Shown piece after piece: positions 1 to 7,081 of a stretch of 27,059 nucleotides of DNA (positions are counted from its first letter, which is position 1; every line of letters begins with the position of its first letter). Below the pieces are notes generated by a model, which worked only from the letters and a program-made list of their open reading frames with translations, did no database searches and was not told the origin of the DNA. Source of the DNA: a virus (taxonomy: Duplodnaviria; Caudoviricetes); the IMG/VR virus record IMGVR_UViG_3300006115_000058, positions 1-27,059 of that record; one strand, written 5' to 3'. The translations under genes were made by a program, and so were the position numbers.

Positions 1-68
1 AGATAGCTACCGCTGCTACCAACAGCGCCTATTGGACTAGTTAATGTAGTTGTCGTTGTTGTACTCAT
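1..68 (-). CDS. 5' end of a hypothetical protein that runs off the left edge (MSTTTTTTLTSPIGAVGSSGSY...)
   Basis: ATG at 68 with an open frame to the window edge. It overlaps (ATGA) the stop codon of the 65-118 mini-ORF. Confidence 0.5.
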   Translation of the reverse strand, partial: MSTTTTTTLTSPIGAVGSSGSY

Positions 69-135
69 CTGCAGGCAAATCCTTGTTGTAATTTAACATT
101 TTCAAAGAACTCGTTCATTTGTCACAGCATCCATT
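65..135 (-). pseudogene. Relic of a former folE 3' end
   Basis: 118..65 encodes MNEFFENVKLQQGFACR*, which aligns with the FolE tail KEFFDTLSLQESNKR*. 135..121 reads AAT GGA TGC TGT GAC (NGCCD) versus folE CAC GGA TGT TGT GAA (HGCCE). Confidence 0.65.
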
Positions 136-139
136 TTGA

Positions 140-151
140 TAAATATATTTA
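140..151. promoter_or_regulatory. Palindromic TAAATATATTTA: back-to-back late-promoter motifs
   Basis: Perfect 12-bp palindrome with TAAATA on each strand, between the HNH start (+) and the folE relic plus downstream gene (-). Confidence 0.5.
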
Positions 152-179
152 AATTTAGCACAACATATAGGAAAAGTCA

Positions 180-785
180 ATGTTTTTAGATAACAAATAC
201 ACTAAAGTTTATTATAGAATAATCAACCGTTCTATTCAGCGTAATCATCTTAAAGAACGTCACGACGGATTTCAAACACATCATATTATTCCACGCTGTT
301 TTGGCGGAATTAATTCTGTCGATAACCTTGTTGTGCTTACCTACAAAGAACATAGAGTTTGCCATCGTTTATTGATAGAAATGACAGCCGGAGCAAATAA
401 ATATAAAATGATGTATGCTTACAAACTGTTCAACAAACACTACGATACTTCGCATCTTCCTACTCCACAAATATACTGTACTCCGGAATCTTATATTAAA
501 ATGTCTAATACAAGAAAGGCTAAAGGCTCTTACAAACGAGGTAAAGACAATATCTTTTCTACTCCGGAAATTGTTGAACAAGTTCGTCAACGTATGATTA
601 ATAATAATCCTATGAAAACATCCGAACAACGAGAACGTATGAGTCGATGTAATAATAACCCCAATGTTCGTCCTATAGTAGTTGAAGGAATAACTTTCCC
701 CACTATAGGTGCTGCTTCACGACATTTTAGAACTACTCCGTATCTATTAAAGAAAAGATATACTTATCGTTTATTAGATTCTTGA
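180..785 (+). CDS. Free-standing HNH homing endonuclease
   Basis: HHIIPRCFGG...DNLVVLTYKEHRVCH is an HNH motif. The C-terminus has NUMOD-like segments (NNNPMKT..RERMS; IVVEGITFPTIGAASRHF). It is the only credible + strand gene and overlaps the folE stop by 22 nt. Confidence 0.88.
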   Translation: MFLDNKYTKVYYRIINRSIQRNHLKERHDGFQTHHIIPRCFGGINSVDNLVVLTYKEHRVCHRLLIEMTAGANKYKMMYAYKLFNKHYDTSHLPTPQIYCTPESYIKMSNTRKAKGSYKRGKDNIFSTPEIVEQVRQRMINNNPMKTSEQRERMSRCNNNPNVRPIVVEGITFPTIGAASRHFRTTPYLLKKRYTYRLLDS

Positions 786-1447
786 AGACTTAGTGTATCA
801 AAAAACTCTTTCTTTGTACCACTATCGCAATAAAATGCACCTTTGAGCACTGTAGCAGTTGTTGAACTATCGTGGGCCATAATGCCTCTATTTTCACAAC
901 ATCCGTGGGTCATTCTTAAATAAACACCTACGTTCTCTGATCCTGTTGCTTTTTGGATTTCTCTTGCGATGTCATTGCAGAGCTCTTCCTGCAGAGTACC
1001 ACGCCGACTGCACCACTGAGCAATGCGAGTATACTTAGAGAGACCGATAAGCTTATTAGCGGCAATAATCCCAATGTAAGCAACACCGTTAACGGGTTGG
1101 TGATGATGACTACAAACACTATGCAGCTCGCTACGAACCACAAGCATACCTTCGTACCGATCGTCACTATCATTTGGAAAAGCTGTTGCATCTGGTGCTG
1201 GAGCATATCTACCACTCATTATCTCGTTGAAGTACATTTTAGCAAGACGCCTAGCAGTACCTTTGCTATTTGGATCGTTTTCTCGATCGATTACTAGCGA
1301 ATCTAATACCTGTTCAAAGGCATCAGTTGCCTCATCAACTAATTGATCAAATTCTTCAAGATGGATATACTTGTTAATGTTGTCACCGGCCCAATAGCGC
1401 CCGCCGTCGACTTTAATACGATTACGAATAGTTTCTGAAATACTCAA
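764..1447 (-). CDS. folE: GTP cyclohydrolase I
   Basis: Motifs TARRLAKMY, SVCSHHHQP (Zn ligands), GLSKYTR, LQEEL and HGCC..RG. TTG start preceded by GGAG. Confidence 0.95.
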   Translation of the reverse strand: MSISETIRNRIKVDGGRYWAGDNINKYIHLEEFDQLVDEATDAFEQVLDSLVIDRENDPNSKGTARRLAKMYFNEIMSGRYAPAPDATAFPNDSDDRYEGMLVVRSELHSVCSHHHQPVNGVAYIGIIAANKLIGLSKYTRIAQWCSRRGTLQEELCNDIAREIQKATGSENVGVYLRMTHGCCENRGIMAHDSSTTATVLKGAFYCDSGTKKEFFDTLSLQESNKR

Positions 1448-1489
1448 TTTTAATCTCCGATGTTACAGCAGTGGATTGCTTAAAGTTTT

Positions 1490-1518
1490 ATTATAGATTA
1501 TTTAGGTCGTAGAGTCAA
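1490..1518 (-). promoter_or_regulatory. Sigma70-type promoter for folE with a TAAATA motif in the spacer
   Basis: TTGACT (1518-1513), 17-bp spacer, TATAAT (1495-1490). TAAATA at 1504-1499. Confidence 0.7.
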
Positions 1519-2611
1519 CTATTGCTTTATATAATTCACTTCCATTAAAGAATTTTTCTCCTACTTCTACCGCAGTTTCTTTAGCAGCAAAAGGGATAGC
1601 TGGACTATTATTCTTCATTATACGATGTATGATATCCATTAGTTCTGTTTTATGTTTTGAATAACTGTCAAAACTTTCAGTCCAAGCACTTGGATAAAGT
1701 GCTTTATCTGGCCACATCTCTGAATATGAAAGCCTATCTGGCATTAGAGGATATGTTCCTACTAACGCACCCTCATATACTGAGATACCTAATGTTTCCT
1801 GTAGATTAGCACTAAACACGATCTTGCTTTCTGCGAGATGTGTATGATATTCATCCTTAGTTAACTTATGATCCTGTGCGATAAACCAATCATATTCGGG
1901 CATATTGGCTGCAAGATCTCGGAAGATTTCTACCTGCTTCTCCGGAGCCAGTCGATGGGGGAATATGATCTTGTTCCGTTTTGCTGTCATATCATAGTGC
2001 GACAGGATTGACTTCATATATTCCATAGGCCAACCTACGATATGAATTTTAGGATTGCCTGGATATATAGCGGTATTCCACTCGTCAAGTTCGTCTTCTC
2101 CAAATAGTACTTCAACATCAAACAGATTACGCAAGAACATATTAGCGTGGAATCGTGTAGCAAAGAAGTTATCATCGAAGCAATAGAACATACTTGATTC
2201 AGCATTGCGTACCCAAGGCATATCACCGATCAATCGACCTAGGAAGTCTTGCGGATCATAACTGCCAGCATGCCACATACCTCCGATACTAATCTTAACT
2301 CCAAGTAGTGCTGCCATATACTTTAACTGTATGACAGTTGGGTTCCAAGCATCGGTATAGAGGAAATAATCTCCGTCTTTAACAGTTCCATTAGCAACTA
2401 GTTCTGCTATTTTTAGCATCTGCTGGCTTTTATATGAATTAGTTCCAGCAAAATTTAAGAAAGCACCGGGGGTTGTAGCTTGCGGCACGTCACCGCCGCT
2501 TATGACAACTACTTCCATACCTGCTGATTGCATTTGTAATGGTAAGTACTCTTTCCACTGTGCTGTGTAACGTGTATCAACTGCTTCAAGATCTACTAGA
2601 TATACGGTCAT
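1502..2611 (-). CDS. GT-B fold (GT4-like) glycosyltransferase
   Basis: C-terminal half has IFPHRLAPEKQ and QETLGISVYEG...PLMPDRLSYSE, matching the GT4 E-x7-E nucleotide-sugar motif. Start moved to ATG 2611, which follows AGGAAAG. Confidence 0.75.
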   Translation of the reverse strand: MTVYLVDLEAVDTRYTAQWKEYLPLQMQSAGMEVVVISGGDVPQATTPGAFLNFAGTNSYKSQQMLKIAELVANGTVKDGDYFLYTDAWNPTVIQLKYMAALLGVKISIGGMWHAGSYDPQDFLGRLIGDMPWVRNAESSMFYCFDDNFFATRFHANMFLRNLFDVEVLFGEDELDEWNTAIYPGNPKIHIVGWPMEYMKSILSHYDMTAKRNKIIFPHRLAPEKQVEIFRDLAANMPEYDWFIAQDHKLTKDEYHTHLAESKIVFSANLQETLGISVYEGALVGTYPLMPDRLSYSEMWPDKALYPSAWTESFDSYSKHKTELMDIIHRIMKNNSPAIPFAAKETAVEVGEKFFNGSELYKAIVDSTT

Positions 2612-2741
2612 TGTTGGCTTTCCTAATCTGCTCTTCAATATAATCTTCTAATTTTTTCATTTCTACTGGGTTTTGAGCAGCAATCTCATCAAGTACTTGA
2701 TCTAATTCTGCTAGACTCCTGCGCCGAAGATTGTTCGGCAT
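2586..2741 (-). CDS. Hypothetical small helical protein (51 aa)
   Basis: Fills the gap between the AbrB-like gene and the glycosyltransferase, with an amphipathic charged sequence. It overlaps both neighbours, so the call is uncertain. Confidence 0.35.
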   Translation of the reverse strand: MPNNLRRRSLAELDQVLDEIAAQNPVEMKKLEDYIEEQIRKANNDRISSRS

Positions 2742-2931
2742 CGCTGTCTTTCTTTTCACTAATGATGACTGAGCCATTATCTTGTACATCCCAAAAAATA
2801 TCTGTACCTTCACTCCATCCCATCTGGCTAAGAAGATCAGCCGGAAACGGAAGAATTAATTCTCCCGTCTCTGGATCTTGTTCTAAAGTGACAGCCCAAC
2901 TCTTAGTGTCGTTTTGCGGTGTTGAAGGCAC
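2689..2931 (-). CDS. AbrB/MazE-like small DNA-binding protein
   Basis: GELILPFPADLLSQMGWSEGTDIFWDV matches the swapped-hairpin pattern (L-x-L-P-x4-x-G-W-x-x-G). Confidence 0.55.
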   Translation of the reverse strand: MPSTPQNDTKSWAVTLEQDPETGELILPFPADLLSQMGWSEGTDIFWDVQDNGSVIISEKKDSDAEQSSAQESSRIRSST

Positions 2932-3115
2932 GACGGTCTTCCTTCCAGTTGTTAACTACACGCTGGCCCTGCTTGTAACGATTGTACTGACCCCAGGGTG
3001 TCCGTGCATCATAGAGATGTGCCTCGTTAAAAACATGACCAAAGTCTCTACAGAAATCTCTGTAAACATCTAGGTCGTCGAAAATCTTATTAATTTCTGG
3101 ATGCTTGTATGCCAT
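2903..3115 (-). CDS. Hypothetical protein (70 aa)
   Basis: ATG with an upstream AAGGA and co-oriented with the operon. Confidence 0.7.
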   Translation of the reverse strand: MAYKHPEINKIFDDLDVYRDFCRDFGHVFNEAHLYDARTPWGQYNRYKQGQRVVNNWKEDRRAFNTAKRH

Positions 3116-3130
3116 TTTTATTTTTCCTTG

Positions 3131-3523
3131 TTAAAACTTAATAAAGGTACCGTTTTCGCCATCTTCGCTGACGTCGATCCAAACTTCTCTATCTGGATAT
3201 TTTGCAATGATTGCATCGTATAGTTCTTCTGCGATCATCTCGCAGCTCTTGTAATCTAAATTGAGGACTTGTTCTATGCTATACAGACGCTGCATCCACC
3301 GCTTAAACTGGATAAACTCAACATCACGATCGTCGTGGAACACTTCAAGGTATACCTTAAAATGGAAGATATGACGATGTGGGCTAGCTAGGAAACTAAC
3401 ATCATCCCACCCGCCGGTCGCTAGTTTAGGATCTGTTGCTGCTGCCGGATACCGATGTACACCTTCCTGTGTAAATGTAACCCAGATCATCTTTTTAGGA
3501 CGAATATCTTCTCTGATTATCAT
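3131..3523 (-). CDS. queD: QueD-like / 6-pyruvoyl-tetrahydropterin synthase-like T-fold protein
   Basis: His pattern GVH...PHRH (H-x(n)-H-x-H metal ligands), EFIQFK, SCEMIA and a terminal VSEDGENG. It lies near folE and the TGT-like gene. Confidence 0.7.
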   Translation of the reverse strand: MIIREDIRPKKMIWVTFTQEGVHRYPAAATDPKLATGGWDDVSFLASPHRHIFHFKVYLEVFHDDRDVEFIQFKRWMQRLYSIEQVLNLDYKSCEMIAEELYDAIIAKYPDREVWIDVSEDGENGTFIKF

Positions 3524-3723
3524 TCTGCTTCCTCGCTATTGAATTTCTTATACATTACCCATAGCTTCCAATCGATAGCTTCTAGTAATTCAATCATACG
3601 TTCAGAATCTGTCATTGTGTTTGTAGTTGTTTCTTCTTTAACTGTTGATTTTTTCTCTTTGGGATTAGTTATAACTAGATCCAATCCGTCGATGATATTA
3701 TTAGTTGCTGGTCGTTTGGCCAT
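3520..3723 (-). CDS. Hypothetical protein (67 aa)
   Basis: GAGG RBS and an ATGA overlap with the queD-like gene. Confidence 0.65.
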   Translation of the reverse strand: MAKRPATNNIIDGLDLVITNPKEKKSTVKEETTTNTMTDSERMIELLEAIDWKLWVMYKKFNSEEAE

Positions 3724-4030
3724 TTATCTCATCCTCTTTCTTATTATATAATACATGAGCCTCCATATAGTTGTCAATCACTCTTTTGAGATTAACAACG
3801 TCGTCGTGATTGGGGATAACATCGTGCCATCCTAGATTTTCGCTGCCAAATACATAACAAACAGCTTCTTTTAGCCTGCCCCATAGACCTTTATCTCTAT
3901 CTGCCTGCAGTTCTAGGTATAACTCCGGAACATCATCCGCTATCCAATCATAAAAAGACACACGCACGATATGATACGGTGAATGACATTGGCAACCGAT
4001 GTAGATAGTTTCGCTTTTATCCTTTAACAT
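3701..4030 (-). CDS. Hypothetical protein with an N-terminal C-x-C-x3-H motif
   Basis: GGAAAG RBS, GCQCHSPYH motif, operon position. Confidence 0.65.
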   Translation of the reverse strand: MLKDKSETIYIGCQCHSPYHIVRVSFYDWIADDVPELYLELQADRDKGLWGRLKEAVCYVFGSENLGWHDVIPNHDDVVNLKRVIDNYMEAHVLYNKKEDEINGQTTSN

Positions 4031-4042
4031 TTTATCTTTCCT

Positions 4043-4561
4043 TTAGATTATACTGTCGTTTGTATATTCGGACCAATCAGTGAATACTTCTCGATCCATT
4101 AGGTTGTGTAATGTGTGTACCCATACACCAGGGTTAGTAGAACGGAAGTCTTGATCATCGATCTTGATAGTTGCATTATAATTTAGATTTGATATATACG
4201 GAAGTTTAATCGATATCTGCGGAATGAATCTGTCATATGCACAAGTGAAGACCATTGAATCGGTAATGCTTTGATAATCACAGATATCAAAATCCCAAGT
4301 AACCCAGAAATCTAATTTTAATAATTCGCAAATCATTGTTTCCCAAGATTCAATAGTTTCTAAACTAAATGAGAAACTTTGATTAGCACCAACATAAATA
4401 TGGTCACAACGCTTGCGTGTAGCCATAGCAACTATTTCTTCTACAGGCTGCAATCCAACTACAAAAAGAGTCTTTTTACCAAATGCTGGAGTTTTCTCTA
4501 CTTCGTCGCCGACGAAGAAAACTACATCATTTTTCGTTCCCGTGGAGTATGGTCTTTCCAT
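4043..4561 (-). CDS. Hypothetical alpha/beta protein (172 aa) within the deazaguanine cluster
   Basis: Good ORF with an AGGA RBS. Enzyme-like segments (TLFVVG, HIYVGANQSF, KIDD, NPGVW). Function not recognised. Confidence 0.7.
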   Translation of the reverse strand: MERPYSTGTKNDVVFFVGDEVEKTPAFGKKTLFVVGLQPVEEIVAMATRKRCDHIYVGANQSFSFSLETIESWETMICELLKLDFWVTWDFDICDYQSITDSMVFTCAYDRFIPQISIKLPYISNLNYNATIKIDDQDFRSTNPGVWVHTLHNLMDREVFTDWSEYTNDSII

Positions 4562-4748
4562 TTGTTGTTCCTAACTTCTTTTCAAATTCGAACATTTGTT
4601 CTTTAAGATGAAGCTTTTTATTCTTCATCTGTTGTATCTTTAAGTCGTCTTCATGATGATTATATGCTTCTTCTATTTGTTTGTCAAGTAAATCGTGCTT
4701 GGATTTCAAACTTTCATAGTGTCCGATAATTTTTTCAGGTGTACTCAT
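4527..4748 (-). CDS. DUF465/YdcH-like small coiled-coil protein
   Basis: SLKSKHDLLDKQI...MKNKKLHLKEQM matches the YdcH pattern L..H..LD..I...LK..KL.LK..I. Confidence 0.6.
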   Translation of the reverse strand: MSTPEKIIGHYESLKSKHDLLDKQIEEAYNHHEDDLKIQQMKNKKLHLKEQMFEFEKKLGTTNGKTILHGNEK

Positions 4749-6280
4749 TCAACTGACTCCTCTAGTTTTTCTAGCTTCTTGTTATCCAGTCCGCTATCGT
4801 CTCTCGTATATTCTGCTACATCTTCGTAGGTAAAATTCTTGTTTGCATATGTTGAACTATTAATAGTCTTCTTACCAGTAGCTCCACGTGTACCAATAAT
4901 CTTTAACCAAAACCTATTAAAGTTTTCTACTAATGCGATTGCCTTATTTCGATCATCCGTAGCAAATATACGATCTACAACATCTCGGAAATATTCTCTA
5001 TCATAAGATTCGAAGTGCAACATATTTGGAATTATCTTTTGATCATACTGGCGATTGGCTTCTTGCACAGCATTAATGTGCATCCAAACATTATGGCCCA
5101 TCTGGATAGCATAGCTAAAACTATCCCAGCTGGTCTTGCCGACTTTTCCGTTCTTGTTTGTATCTCCGGGCTTATAGATGCAGACATCTTTGATTAGACA
5201 CTTGTCGCTTATAGGCGATTCTGTAAATGTTTTAAAGACAGCGTCGTTTATAACCACATCACTAAACTTTCGTGTGTCTAATGCATATTTCCTATCGTCG
5301 ACACTAGGAACCATGCGATAGGTCCATTTCTTAAAGTGTTCTATCTCGTTCGTGATATACAACTGTCCGTTAGCCGTTGCTAGGAACGGACTCGCACAGT
5401 CAAAGCTGATAGTGAATGTAGGATTGTGATGTTTGCGTACAGCACGTTGTATATCTGTTAACAAACACGCCCATTCTAGTTTGCTAGTTCCTAGAAAGTG
5501 CATCCAATCCTGTTTACCGCTTTCTAGTAATCCGTCAAATCGCATATTAACTAACATTTTCAACGTGAGATGCACATCACACATATTCTGACCACCCATC
5601 GACCATCCATTAAAGTGATTAGAGTATTGGGTTGGATCGCAGTATTTCTTCATACGCTGATACCAATCTTCGGCTTCTGTATGATTCTCGCCCTGTAGCA
5701 CGTTTAGGAATTTACAGTTGCCGTTGCGATTATTGATGAAATAATCGTTATTGATATATGTAGCATTGACTGCTTCTTGATAACTTGATATCCCCGTCGC
5801 CTTCATACCTGCAGGACTACGAGCAACCCATGCTGGAATATCTAAGATCATTCCGTAATCCATCATGTCATCCATCCAAGACAGTACTTGGCTACGCTTT
5901 TTTTGTGCTTTTGGACAGTTAGGATCTTTCCAATCGCCCTCCCATACGCCTTTACCGATCTGGAAGCCGCCGCTATCGCCGACAACGATGCTATCACCGT
6001 TCCGTGGACGCTTGCGAAACATATCTTCTTTTTCAGATTGCTTAGTGATGTCTATCTCGGCATGCCCTGCGGAATACAATCCCCATTTGTAGTAGAAGTA
6101 GCCTTTTTCTGGATCGAAAAAGTTTAATCCTTCTACACCTTGCGTAAACTGAGCAGGTAAGCGAGCAGGATCAACATAATTGCCGTATCGCTGCTTGCCT
6201 ATAAAGGTGCTATAGAAACTGCTCACCGCGGGAAGGAATACGGCATAATCGTTCTGTGTTGCAGTGAGATTTTTGTTCAT
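4745..6280 (-). CDS. dpdA: TGT-fold deazaguanine transglycosylase (DpdA-like)
   Basis: TGT barrel motifs in order: GDSGGFQ, MILDIP, NVLQG, GWSMGG, HFLG, SFDCASP and a late HN. No CxCxxC zinc site. Lies between the replication genes and queD/folE. DNA rather than tRNA as substrate is inferred from context. Confidence 0.75.
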   Translation of the reverse strand: MNKNLTATQNDYAVFLPAVSSFYSTFIGKQRYGNYVDPARLPAQFTQGVEGLNFFDPEKGYFYYKWGLYSAGHAEIDITKQSEKEDMFRKRPRNGDSIVVGDSGGFQIGKGVWEGDWKDPNCPKAQKKRSQVLSWMDDMMDYGMILDIPAWVARSPAGMKATGISSYQEAVNATYINNDYFINNRNGNCKFLNVLQGENHTEAEDWYQRMKKYCDPTQYSNHFNGWSMGGQNMCDVHLTLKMLVNMRFDGLLESGKQDWMHFLGTSKLEWACLLTDIQRAVRKHHNPTFTISFDCASPFLATANGQLYITNEIEHFKKWTYRMVPSVDDRKYALDTRKFSDVVINDAVFKTFTESPISDKCLIKDVCIYKPGDTNKNGKVGKTSWDSFSYAIQMGHNVWMHINAVQEANRQYDQKIIPNMLHFESYDREYFRDVVDRIFATDDRNKAIALVENFNRFWLKIIGTRGATGKKTINSSTYANKNFTYEDVAEYTRDDSGLDNKKLEKLEESVE

Positions 6281-6287
6281 TTTGATT

Positions 6288-7019
6288 TTACTTTGTCATT
6301 GCTGGAATAAAGTAATCATATTCGGTTAAACCACTATCGACTGTGATCAATGCTATACCGTTATCACCAAACTTGACCATCTTATCGCCACTTAGATTCA
6401 AGATGCTGATAAAGTGTGTGACCGGAAAGCTCCAAGACTGCTTCAACTTACCTGTAATACCTGACTGGAACACAAAGCTGCCTTCATGTGTGCTAGCATC
6501 ACCAAACGAGATCTTTAACTGATCACCATCTGTGCTAACAACAAAAGTGGTTTCTTCGCTATGTGCTGCTGCCTGCAACTTGAGACGACTGATGCTAGCA
6601 ACAGTAGGGTCAACTACTACTTGCCAATTTGATCCGTTAAATGTGGACTTCTTTAGCTTTTCGTTAACTAATTCTTGACCCATTAGACGATAATCGTTCT
6701 TGAAGTCACCAGCGGCATTTTCAAAATGGATAGCCACTGGACGATTCTCACCGTTGCGCATTTCCCACACGACCTTGATCTCTTCGCCCTCTTTATATTC
6801 TGGATTCTTGAGATGCAGATCGAGTTTGTTTAGATTAGGCATACCAAATGTGCCTTTGAACTCCGGATAGGAATTTTTAGTTTTTGCCTTGAGGATAACG
6901 ATCCTGTTATCTTCCATAGCATCGATCGCTGTCTCGGTATCGTCACCTGTAACGCGGATTAAGTTAATAAAGCCTAATGAATGTGTATGTGCGACTAAGT
7001 CTTTAAGAATGTCTTTCAT
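6288..7019 (-). CDS. Putative DNA polymerase sliding clamp (T4 gp45/PCNA-like)
   Basis: 243 aa with a two-domain beta-alpha-beta pattern and a C-terminal YDYFIPA strand. Directly downstream of the polymerase, whose tail (TFNKLFTFE) resembles a clamp-binding peptide. Confidence 0.6.
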   Translation of the reverse strand: MKDILKDLVAHTHSLGFINLIRVTGDDTETAIDAMEDNRIVILKAKTKNSYPEFKGTFGMPNLNKLDLHLKNPEYKEGEEIKVVWEMRNGENRPVAIHFENAAGDFKNDYRLMGQELVNEKLKKSTFNGSNWQVVVDPTVASISRLKLQAAAHSEETTFVVSTDGDQLKISFGDASTHEGSFVFQSGITGKLKQSWSFPVTHFISILNLSGDKMVKFGDNGIALITVDSGLTEYDYFIPAMTK

Positions 7020-7047
7020 AATTTTGCCTTTCCTTGATTATATTATG

Positions 7048-7076
7048 ATTATATTTAGATCGTGAACAAATGTCAA
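7048..7076 (-). promoter_or_regulatory. Perfect-consensus sigma70 promoter for the clamp-dpdA operon
   Basis: TTGACA (7076-7071), 17-bp spacer, TATAAT (7053-7048). Overlapping TAAATA at 7057-7052. Confidence 0.85.
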
Positions 7077-7081
7077 CAAAA

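Noticed and set aside
120-790. Group I intron interrupting folE and carrying the HNH
   Set aside because: folE is complete with its own stop, the HNH is antisense, and the non-coding space is far too short for a ribozyme core.
1448-1489. preQ1 or other riboswitch in the folE leader (AGCA-ATCCAC-TGCT mini-hairpin at 1467-1480)
   Set aside because: The stem is only 4 bp, and I cannot see the preQ1-I loop consensus or a matching pseudoknot. It would need covariation evidence.
2586-2931. MazEF-like toxin-antitoxin pair
   Set aside because: The AbrB-like gene has no neighbour with recognisable MazF, PIN or RelE features.
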